NCBI RefSeq assembly: GCF_037042905.1
Contig: NC_087252.1
Location: 22,508,001-22,572,000, forward strand
DNA length: 64,000 nt
Direction of reading: 5' to 3'
Source: Lytechinus pictus
Lineage: Eukaryota
In this document: one piece after another, positions 10,764 to 23,200 of the stretch
Layout: every line of letters starts with the position of its first letter
Position numbering within the stretch: position 1 is the first letter of the stretch
Translations under genes and position numbers: made by a program
The notes under the pieces: model-generated
What the model saw: the letters and a program-made list of their open reading frames with translations, nothing else
Databases searched by the model: none
What the model was told of the DNA's origin: nothing

Positions 10764-11907
10764 AAGGATGTTCTCCATGACATCATAGAAAATTATGATT
10801 AAGATCTTTCATGAGATATTAAATTGTGTATTGTTAATTATTGATTCATAAACCTGAAGAAATAATGTGTCAGTGTTTGTGATGTCATCAGTCCCCTCAT
10901 TTGCATACCACCCACGATTTGCATATCAATCACTGTTATGTCCAAACAAGCGAAACTTGAGATGATCGATGCAACTCTCTTGTTTTATTTTAGATTTTGA
11001 TGAGATATTAAGTGTTACACGTTTTATTCCAGTACTCGAATCAACTTTTATTGGGATTAGCTCGACATTTAGTCAAATTGAAATGAAAATGATATGTGAA
11101 TGGAAGTTGTAAACAAACAGAAATATAGATAGTGATTCAAGGTATTTATTGTCATTAAAATTGAAATTTCCATTTTACATAAATTACGTAATATCATACA
11201 ACTTTATTACATACGCACCTATTCTTCATATACTTACACATATCGTATTCTAACATGATAATGAATAAAAATATGTTAATATGCAGTGCGTCCCAGAAAA
11301 AAGGAAACCGGGATTCTCACAAGTTTCTTCAAATGCAAATTAGTTATATTTCATTTACATCATCAGACAGTTCAATTATTCCTCTACTCTTCATGCTGGC
11401 CAATATCATCATAAATGAAGTTAAATAAGGTTAGAGAAAGTTCAAACATGATTTGCCTAATGTCCGACCTGGACCCTACTGCATAAAGTTACAGTTATGC
11501 CTAAGGCTTGGCTATATTTGCCATCCAATGTTTCTACCATGGTGCCAATGCTCAACAGCCGATCAGAATACATGCAATGCAATACATTATAAGTTCCACT
11601 TGATAGCAATGATACTATATAATCTGCGTATAAGTCAACTTTCCATGTATCGAATAATTTATTGCCGGAGTCGGAGCATTACTTTCAGACCAGAAAATAC
11701 AAACTCGAGTTATTGCATCTTGTACGTGAAAATTTATCAAGGTTTAACAGACTTATTTGGTTTTAAAAGATTTGACTTTAAGATTGATCTTTAGTTATTT
11801 TATTTTATGCAACGTGATCCTGGCTATAGTGGCCAGAATAAATCAGTCATTCCGGAGGTTTTTATCCGCTCAATATTACTGCTCGATGTCATGGATATTT
11901 CTAATCA

Positions 11908-12065
11908 TCAAAGAGTGACTTCTGTTGGCGCGACTTTCTTAGTATTTTTCTTCTCGCCGAACTTCTTCTTCCACCACGGCGGTGTCATCCTAACATTGTG
12001 TCCGGGCATGATGAGTGGGTTCGACATCGCATCGAATGACGTCATCCCAGCCCCTCTTTCCAAAC
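11908..12065 (-). CDS. PAFAH2/PLA2G7: PAF-AH last coding exon
   Basis: LERGAGMTSFDAMSNPLIMPGHNVRMTPPWWKKKFGEKKNTKKVAPTEVTL*. LIMPGHNV resembles the family C-terminal LIPG motif. Confidence 0.8.
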
Positions 12066-15000
12066 CTATGGGGATAAAGAAAAATATGTGATTATAAGTA
12101 CATCTTGCATTTCTTATTTGTCAGAAAAAACAATGGAAATGTAAACAAAAAAACTTGCGTTACATAATCTTGAATAAAGCAGAACTGTTCTGTCTTATAT
12201 AAGATTACATAATGCCTGTTTGTCTGTAAGAAATTATCAATTACTAGATAATTTACTTTTGAGGTAGTTTTATTTTTCAGAAAAAAGATAATGAAAAAAT
12301 GTCAAAAACGCGTTTTTTAATCTCGAACAAAACAGAATATGAATTGATAATTTCTTACGGAAAAAATGAGAAATTATGTTTTCACTCAAAACTAAATAAA
12401 TTGTCACGGGTACCCCATCAGTCAGTAGACCTATTGAAAGTGATAGGGACGAAGAAAAAAATGTGAAAGTACAGATCAGTAAAATACATTTTGTTCGTGG
12501 TAGTTGTTATTTGTTAAAAAAAAACAATGAAAATGTACAAAACATGCGTTACCTTCTCTCAAAATTATAAAACTGTTTCTGGGTACCCCGACCATACAGA
12601 CGAGGACCCTAACCAGACCAAACTGATTGATTTCAATTATTAATATAATTCCTGAAGTGAATTCTCAACTGTAGAAGGCGGAGTTATACACTTACTGATG
12701 TACTTTGAGAGGAATGCGATCATGGCGTCGTTGTTGGTTTCTATGGCAACCTTAGGATGCAATTTGTCTCGCATCTTGAGAATCTTTGCGATGAAAGGAG
12801 GGAAGACGAATCCCAGGTCTGTTTGACATTGATGATCCATTCCTCTGGGCATGGGTGAAAATGAGTGGGTATGAAATGAGAATAATTGGGATATTGATGT
12901 TTGACCCCGCCCCCCCCCCTCCAGCTTACCCCCACACTTCCCTCCAGATCTATGTCCATATAGTGTCCCTCCTTCGTTCTTTCTCTTTCTCTCTTTCTCT
13001 CTATGCATTATATCTCTCCCCTCCCATATTCTCTATCTTTCTCATAATCATTTCATCGCACTCATCTTCATCACCACTTCCAAATTATCATAGATATATA
13101 GCCATCACCAACCCTCAATCTGCATCTCAAAAGACAGTCCTCCAGGCTACGCTCGATCCCTATCATTTCAACCATCAAGACCTACTCGATCATCATCATC
13201 ATCTGCCATCATCATTATCATCACCATATTATTGCCACAAATATTCATAATTAAATCTTCATCATTTAATCACTGCCACCGTCATCACAATTTACGCCAT
13301 CATAATTATTGGCAATCATCGATCGTCATCACTGCCATTATCATCATTATCATCTTCGCCATCACCACCACTGCCATTATCATCATCTTCATCATCATCA
13401 CCACTGTCATCATCAGCATCACCATCATCAGCATCATTATCATCATCATCACCATCATCAACACCACTGCCATTATCATCATCATCATCATCATAACCAC
13501 CACCACCACTGCCATCATCATCATCGCCACCATACCACCACTCCCGCCTGCCACTATCATCACCGTCATAGTTCCCAACACCACCATCATGACAGACCAT
13601 TAAGCACCATTTTGTTTATAATGACAATTAATGTCAGTCCCCCAACTCATAATATGGACCTACCATGCCCAACTCAACATCAACACCACCCACATAGGCC
13701 TACCTTATCGTGATCATCTGCCTCGGTCCCGACGTCGCCATCGGATCCGGCATAAAACAGAGGAGATGCTCGATATTGTCTTTGAACTGAAACTTCTCTG
13801 TGTTGATGAAGAGCATCGGTTGATCCATGCACCGGAAACTCGTATCAAGAGAAAGAGGATAGCCCCATGGGTCGCAGGCGACTCCACATCTACGAAATAA
13901 TAACCATGAAATCTTTCATTTAAGTTCAAATTCAAATCCGATTCAAAATTATTCTTTATTATATATATCTAACATAAAATTAGCAACCGAATCCAAAATC
14001 AGAAATTGAATAACAATCTTGAAAATTGAAACTTGAAATACTTGTGTTTGAAGTATTGAATTTAATAATTGATTTTCAAAATTTAAAATTCAAAAGTAAG
14101 ATATGGCAACTCGAAATTCAAAATAAAAATTTAAATTTAGAATTCAAAGTTTGAAATTCAAAATTCAAAATCTAAACTTAAAATCCAAAATTTAAAATTC
14201 GAAATTCAAAATTTAAAATTAATCATTGGAATTGGGACAATTTGAATTTAGAATTGGAAATTCAAAATTCCGATTTTGAAATGCAAAATTTCAAAATTGA
14301 AAATTTAATATCCCACACTCAACAATAACAATTTAAAACGTTATTAAAAGATCATAAGAATGTAGGCCCTTTGCCCTAGATATTTGAAAATTCGATATAC
14401 AATTAAATCAAGGAATTCTCTTTAAAAATCCTTGATTTTAAGATTAAAAACTATGTTCAAATGCCTCTATAATTTAATAAGCTTAATATGTAGATCGTGA
14501 TATGGTTACTTACTTGAATCTTTTATCATGGCTAAGTGTAGCAATCGTTGTAGCACCTCCGTACGAATGGCCACAAATTGCAGCAGATGATAAGTCTAAC
14601 CGCCCCTGAATATAAAAAACAAATCAAGATTATACCGTTTTGAAAATTAGGGCTACACTCATCTTGGGTAAATAAACGCTTCGATGCATCTTTTCACAGT
14701 AAGCTGCAATGTTGAAGTATATATTTCCAGCACCGTATCTAAATAATAATTTTAACATATTACTTTGATTAAAAGAAATATATAGTTTGGAAACCCTAAA
14801 AATGAAAAGAAACTCGAAAAGATGTTTTTTTCCCTTCTATATCAGATTAGCGGCCTAGTACTGTTTACATGATATGTTTGGAAATTTCATTTTTTGGGGC
14901 TATTTTTTATGTTGTTTCGCGAGTGTTTATATAGGGTTGCTTTAGTCATCTCTGCGACTTATGACCCGGCTTTGAACTTATGAAAATGGCCTTAAATAAT

Positions 15001-17239
15001 GTATTTCTTCGTCTTTTTCATAAAAGCGTAAAATTTGCGTCCGTCACCAACACGTTGAGTCTGCCCCAGCTGATTATCACCTTAAACTGCAGCAAATCAA
15101 AGTCCCGATCGATGTCGCTTTGGTAGTTGAAGCCGTCATCAAGAACTTCAAGAAAGCTGAGGCTCGCGATACACTCGTCCCGTCTTTGGGTGATCTGAGA
15201 TGATATGAAAGAATGGCAGATCATTAATGTTTAGTTTCACCTTTTGGGGCGGGAAGGTGGGGGTCGAAATTAAATGTTAAACTTCATTCCGAATCGGTTT
15301 GATATAAAACGCGTGCTGCAGTACCACCCGGCTAACAACAACTGTACCCTCCTTGCCTACCCCTCGAACACCCCGCCCCCTTTCTCAATTTGTATATTTT
15401 CATATCATAAAGGGATGGTCCGGGCTGAAAATATTTATATCGTAATACATAGAGTAGAATTCACTGAGCAAAATGACGAAAATTTCATCAAAATCGGATA
15501 ACAAACAATAAAGTTATTGAAGTTTAAAGTTTAGCAATATTTTGTGAAAAAAGTCGTCATGAATATTCATTAGGTGGGCTGATGATGTCACATCCCCACT
15601 TTCCGTTTTATTATGTTATTACATAAAAACATATTTTTTTCATTATCCCATACTTGTGTGAATAATATGTCTCTCTTATAAATGAAATAAGTTGCAGCAA
15701 TAAATATCTTATGCAATAAATCAGTTGTCAATCCAATTTTTCTAGTTCTTGGGAGAAAAAAATTGAATAAACCTAATTTCATATAATAAAATACAAAAGA
15801 ACAAGTGGGGATGTGACATCATCAGCTCACCTAATGAATATTCATGATGACTGTTTTCACAAAATATTGCTAAATTTTAAAATTCAATAACTGTCTTATT
15901 TGTTATCCGATTTTGATGAAATTTTCGGCATTTTGCTCAGTGAATTCTACTCTATTTAATAAGCTATAAATACTTTCAGCATGGACCATCCCTTTAAATA
16001 ATTGATACCACAAATGAAAGATATATGCTTGCATGGGTCGTTGAGGGTGTATGTTTGTGTGTGTGGGGGGGGGGGGGTCGGTGATGTAACGAGTGAATAA
16101 CATTCAGGTGGCAAGTTTGCATATTTGGAATAAGGGGGAATAAGCCTGTATCTGAAAGAAAAATACATGCGAGCAAAGATCGAGGGAGAGAGAGATCGAG
16201 AGAGCATTAAAAGTACATTTTCCATATTTTGTCTAAATCACCGTTATAATTATGTCGATTCGACCTGACATTCGAAAGTACTACTTTGATGAATACAAAT
16301 TATGATGAATATGCCCCCTTCCATTATTTTTGAAAATTTTTGGGGTTCTACATATCCCATTCAAAATCTATCTGACTGAATATTGTGCACCATGACTTGA
16401 GACCACAATTTATACCCAAACCCATCACTACCTGTTTTAATCGTAGATCATCGACTTCATACGGTGCTTTTATGAAGTCTACCGCCTTGTAGTGCGGCGT
16501 TGATTGCTGCTCATTGCCATTGGTTGGGATTGTTTTATCTTTGCTAGATTCAGTCAAAAAGAACGAATGGCAGGCAGAGTTTTCTCTGTTAAAAAAAATA
16601 AAATAGAAAATAAAAAACAACGCTTGAAATTCATATTCTAATTGTTTCACCTATTTCATTCATTATTTTGTTCATTTGGATATTTATTCATTTATTCGTT
16701 TATGAAATTATTACCAATTAGTTTATTACATTATTAACTTATGATTTATTCATTTATCAATCTATTTGTATTTTATGTATTCATGGATGCATTTTTTTTT
16801 CATTTACTCATCTATTTATTTATTTATTTATTGATATTCATAGTAATCTCATATATTCATGTCATTTATTTCTGATATATATTCATTCAATCACTTACAC
16901 ATTAAGTGACTTATTTATTCTCGAATACATTAATTGTTTGTGCTTCTTAATTCATCTATCCAATTAATTATGATAATTAATTCATAACTGATGGATTAGA
17001 CACTTCTTTTTATACCTGTGTTCTACCGCCGCCACGATGCATCCACAGGAGGCGATATCCATACATATGCTGGTGTATAATGTTCTACATCCACCAAGTC
17101 CATGGCTGAAGATGATGACTGGATACTTGGTCTTGGATTCACTCAGTTTACCATGCCAATGGGCAGGTAGCTTGATGTTTTCTACGGGCAGGGATTGAAA
17201 GATTGAAAGACAAATGGCAATGAATTTATCTCATATAGG

Positions 17240-17284
<45 letters not shown>

Positions 17285-20200
17285 TTTGTTGTTAATTTTT
17301 CCGTAAGATTAAAAATATCATACAATTATACAAATAAAAATGTACAGTATATACAAGCAAGATAAAATTACGGCTGGTAGCCCATATTCAGCTGCAACTG
17401 TATTGTTGCTGCTGGTCTTCCATGGGGCCAATGCAATGTAAGACAATATGACAAATCATAACATGAAATATAATCCATTGATAATGATATAACGATATAA
17501 TTAATCATTTGAACAATTAAGGCAGCGAACATGAAGACAGTTTCTTTGTCATGTTTGTTATTGTTGCACCTGCTGTTTAATAGCACAAAAAACAATGGAA
17601 TTAAGAAAAAAAAACTAGGCTTGTACTCAGAAATAAGCTGGCTAGCAAATCAAACTCATGGAAGCATAGCAACTGTGAAATAATGACTGCCTGGTGATTT
17701 ACTCATGATACAAGAAATAAAAATTAATTTGATTTATGAGCAGTCGATATACAATCCTCATCTCAACAACATGACTAGTCAATAGAAGTAGTTATTATTA
17801 CTAGTCATCAGCAAATTGGGGGAATTAAAAATAAATCAGATTCTACAACGCTTTTCAATCATTTTTTTAAATACTTTTCTGGGGGAAAACAAGCCGTTAC
17901 CATGGTAACGAACCCAATTGGAGGTATCTCGGTGATCTTGAATATTTCTAAATTTCATATGTATTCGATTGGACGCTTGAAAATGATCTTTTTGGCCATC
18001 TATTCCATGTCTATATATGCCCTACCATTTACATCGAATTGTATGTTATTTTTTGAGAAATTAATCCGTTGCCATGGCAACGGCCGAAAATGGCATTTAT
18101 CAATTCACCTCTCATCTTTGAAACAAATCTTACGGCATATACTAATACTTGTGAAAGTTTCATGCTTTAGTCAAAATTTGCACAATTGTTCGGCTCATCC
18201 GCTCTACTAATAGCTAATACAAATGACGCGTATTTCAACAAATCATTTTGATAGGCTCTAAAACATGTCAGAATGGAAAGAGGTGCAAAATATATATATA
18301 ATAATAATAATATAATATAGGGTATTTATATTGCGCACATATCCACCTTGTTAGGTGCTCAAGGCGCTCCTATATTACCTGGCTAAGCTAGGCGTTCATA
18401 GCGCACACAGCTTTTTAAGGAATTACTTCCTACCGGTACCCATTTACCTCACCTGGGTTGAGTGCAGCACATTGTGGATCAGTTTCTTGCCGAAGGAAAT
18501 TACGCCATGGCTGGGATTCGAACCCAGATATAGATGTTATAGATATAGGAATATCCCTCCAATATAGCATTTGGACACCTACCTAACAGCTTCTTAATCC
18601 TTGTTCCTAAGAACTTGACCCCACCAATATCGGCGAATCCATGGGCATAATGGTCGCTAGGCAACCAGGAAGGGCGTTGCTCCATTGGAATCCCATTTTC
18701 GAGGTGGTCGATTGGATAAAATAATCGCAAGAGTATACTGCAAAAGATAAGAATGTGGTTATTACAATACTTAATTTGTTTTCATTTTATGTTATTGTAT
18801 ACAAAATAACAATAAAAAAAACATACACTTGACAATTCTTGTTACATATATACAGAAACAAAATGATGAATACTTTTAGGGCCTACTTAACATAAACATG
18901 AACATACTGAATAATATTTGTGATTGTATAATTTTTTATTATGATCTTTTGATATCGATTTTTTCGTTATTTTTATTTTGATTTTTGTAACATTTCCCTC
19001 GATAAGACATTATGTACCAACGTTGGCATTTGCTTAGCGAGCTTGCTGACTTAGATTTTCAACTGATTGCCATGTTCGTTAGTTCTTTCACTTAACGAGC
19101 TCCAAGGTAAAAGTAATGACCTAATTCCTAACACAAGGGGCAGGGCTTACAAGGGCAGGGCGATCGGCCCTTACATTTATTTCTTCGACATGTTCGAGTA
19201 GTCAGGGGGAAAAGGAGGAGAAAAAAAAGGAGGGGAAGAAAGGGAAGAAAGAAGGAAGAATAGTAAGGTGGTTCACAAACCATGAGATTCGCCTAATACT
19301 GTGTATCGCGATCGACAAAATATGCAATGATCTTATAATGATAATAATAATAATGGACCCAGGTAACAATACAGCGTTGGACCAACGTTGGATCAACGTT
19401 GGGAAATTTTTTCCCAACGTTGCCTCAACGTTGGCAGGCCAACGTTGCATCATCGATAGAAGTGCACGCGCATACATCGTCAGACCAACAACATTTCCAA
19501 CGTTAGTTCAACGTTGTCCAGCAACAATGTTTCAACGTTGTCTGGCAACGTTGATCCAATGTTGGCTAAATAGTCAAATACAACATTGCTACAACGTTGG
19601 TAAGCAACGTTGTATCATCGATAGAAGTGCACGTCCATACATCGTCAGACCAACAACATTTCCAACGTCAGTTCAACGTTGTCCACCATCAATGCTCCAA
19701 CGTTGGTATAATGTCGGCTGAGTCATCAATAACAGCGTTGCTGCAACGTTGATGGGCAACGTTGAAGCAGCGATGGACGTGCACTTGCATACATCGTCAG
19801 TCCAACTATGTTTACAACGTTGGTTCAACGCTGTCCAGCAACAATGCTCCAACGTTGTCTGGCAACATTGCTCCAACATTGTTACAACGTTGTCACAACG
19901 TTGCTCCAACATTGCTCCAACGTTATTCCAACGTATGGCAGTAATTAACAAAACATTAATTGGTTTCAAGGTGAAGTCCACCATTACAACTCTACACTCA
20001 AATCTTTATCATCATATGTCTTATCCTATCCTAAAATCCTACATCCTAATCCTATATCCTATTCCTATCATCCTACACCTATCCACTGTATCCTGTCATT
20101 GACTCCTATATATAGAGCAACTTTGCTATACTTGGCAGAATACAGTTAATATAATTTTCCACACTTAACCTTGAATATTTATTTAGAATAATATGTTTTG

Positions 20201-23200
20201 ATTATATATGATATGGTAATGGAGCCACATACTTTTCTGAAACTTTTCATGGTGGAAATATTGAATAAACATAAATACTCTAATTATTATAGCAATATTA
20301 CCTAAAATTTTGGTCATTTACTGATGTAATGAATATTCATGAGTGCATAATCATTGTCCAGATGAGGCAGGTATGGCAGCGTTGGTCCAATGTTGGTCCA
20401 ACGTTGGGTGACGTTGATCCAACGTTGGTATAATGTTGGTCCAATGTTGATGGAAAGTTGATTCAACTTTAGTCCAATGTTAGTCCAACGTTGGCGTAAA
20501 CGTTGATTCAATGTTTGTCTAATATCGGTTAAATGTTGTTGTAACGTTGATTCTTTGTTGGTCTAATTCTAAACAAATCCAACGATGCGCCATCTCCATC
20601 AAACAGTTTTCAACACTGTGCCATCATCATCTGTAATCTGTTCATGATTCTATCAAAAAACATTACAACTATTATTACAGCTATTCATTTCTTTTCATTC
20701 TTTCTGTTACAAGTCTCTTCACATAATTAAGAGAAATCAAGATAATTACGTGTGATATTTATTGAGGCCTTTGTAGCATTCAAACTTTTTTGACATCCTC
20801 TTTTTCTCAAACAAGACTAATACCAAAAAAACATATGCATATGTAATAAAAATTAAGATGTATTACATTTTCTTGCGAGTTGCAATCTCTGTTTCTGTCT
20901 ACAATTGTTTAATGACTCGGTATGCAATGCCAATTGCAACGTCAGTAATCATCACAAAAACTCACATGTGTAATTGCAGTCTCTCAGTATTTACAAAATC
21001 AAAAAAGGAGGTCGCGTAACTTGGCCTCACTCAGAGTAACGTAGCTACTGCCTACTGTAACTAAAGAGTGCCTCTTTTTGATTAAGATAGAAGTCAACTG
21101 ATATCTCAATATGCATGGCCATGGCCTAGTCTCGCTCGTGCCATAACTATTAAATGATATTTCAGCGTCAAGAGTAGCATGCCTCACATAGCAACTACAG
21201 GTTTGACTGCAGTTGGAAAACACTCGGTCCAGGCTAGGCCATGCAGGACCGACCAAGTCAATTAAAGGCAGCGTATAATAAATAAGGCAGGAATGCCAGG
21301 TAGCAAGTCATTTGGGTGATTTCAAGTACGGTGTACGGTGTTGAGAGCGTGAAAGGGCTGCTGAACTGAGCTCCAACACCAAGCGTAATATTATTTTTCA
21401 TTGCATGAAATGTATTAAAACTCTAATGATTTGCTCTCATCTTAAATGTAAAAAAATTTTTTACGGAGATGGTTCGTCGTGTTCGCCCCCTGTTCGTAAT
21501 TAAGCTACAGTTCATCAACACCAACACTGAACTTTAAATCACGATTCTCCCAATCCCTGGGGTACGTCGGTGTTGCTGAATGGGGAAATTGCTTGTAGAT
21601 CATCAACACCATGCAGCCACAGTGCAGTGTTGGGTTCAGCAGATGACAATCAACACCAGCCTTCAACACAAACTGCCGGAAATACACCATATTTTCCGAG
21701 GTCAATCTTAACACCAGCCTGATTCAAGTACGGTGTTGTCACAACACCAATACTAACCCAGGGAGCTCCGGCCCGCTCAGCGGGCCGGAGCCCAGGGGCT
21801 TACCGTGTAATTCACCATACCCACGGTAGTAGCGTGAAGTATGGTCTAAATAATTATCCGAATAAATAGTTAAAACAGAAATTAAGCACTTACCACGATT
21901 ATATGGATGAAGGTCTAACGATTGGCAGCTTCCTGACATCGAGGCACAGACTGGAACCTCAAAAAACGAAAAAGTTATGTCGCGGTAGCTCTCCTTCTTT
22001 CAGAATTCATAGCAAAATGGCCGTTCGAGACCGGTACCGAGGGTGTAGGGCGCATGCGCGAATTTGACAAAGTCTATATCATAGAGATGTATACTAATGC
22101 ACTATAGTGCTATTAGTCTCGGTCTCAATCGGCCATTTTGTTTTGAATTCTGAAAGAGGAGAGCTACAGCGACAGAACTTTTCGTTTTTTTAGGTTCCAG
22201 TCTGTGCCTCGATGTCAGGAAGCTGCCACTCGTTAGACCTTCATCCATATAATCGTGGTAAGTGCTTAATTTCTGTTTTAACTATTTATTCGGATAATTA
22301 TTTAGACCATACTTCACGCTACTACCGTGGGTATGGTGAATTACACGGTAAGCCCCTGGGCTCCGGCCCGCGCAGCGGGCCGGAGCTCCCTGGGTTACAC
22401 TCACACGTATTGCCAGGTACGGGTTAGTATTAGTATACTAACCTCGCACCACGAACCGCGTTTGGCAGTGGATTTCTTACTAGTGGGTCGCACGTGCTGG
22501 GATCTCACTTCTTGGGTCCACAACACACGACTTCTATGGCTTGATTTTTCTGTGCGCGGCGGCATGTAATGAACCCTTGGGTGCCTGGGTTACACCAACA
22601 CCAGATTTCAACACTGTACTTGAATTTTGAAAATCATCCAATGACTGTTGCCTTGCCATTGGTATCGCATACTCGTTCCCACTCACACGTATTGCGAGGT
22701 TAGTATTAGTCACTCACACAAGCTAATTACGAGGTTAGTTAGTATGTTATACTGTGCAGTGACTGGTTTTAAGTACTACTTTACTACTACTTACAGTACA
22801 CGAATATACTAGCGTCGGACTGTACGCACACAGAAGCTGACTCCGGGATCTTTCGGAGGGGATCAATGGTTGCAGTTAATGCCTTGCAGTTACCGATTAT
22901 CTGCAAGTGCAAAGAAAATTCAACTGTAGATTGTAGGTCCTAAATATACAGCTTATAAGTACTGTTCCAGATCACTAGATATTCTGGAATTTACTTATCT
23001 ATATCCACTATCCAGTCCAAATTCTGCCAGATTCTTCAAGTTCAAAATTGAAGGAAGCAGACTACACAGACATGACAGAAGGAGTCCGACGTCGCGACTA
23101 ATTCTGCGCATCAGAATAGTATGGTATTTTTAAATAGGCACATTTGGTACATTTGATGCTTGTATTTCCTTCTTCAATTTCTTCTAGTTATGTGACGGTA

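Noticed and set aside
13232..13713. His-rich, Ile/Thr-rich, Met-rich and Asp-rich ORFs
   Set aside because: They are translations of an intronic (CAT)n microsatellite in several frames.
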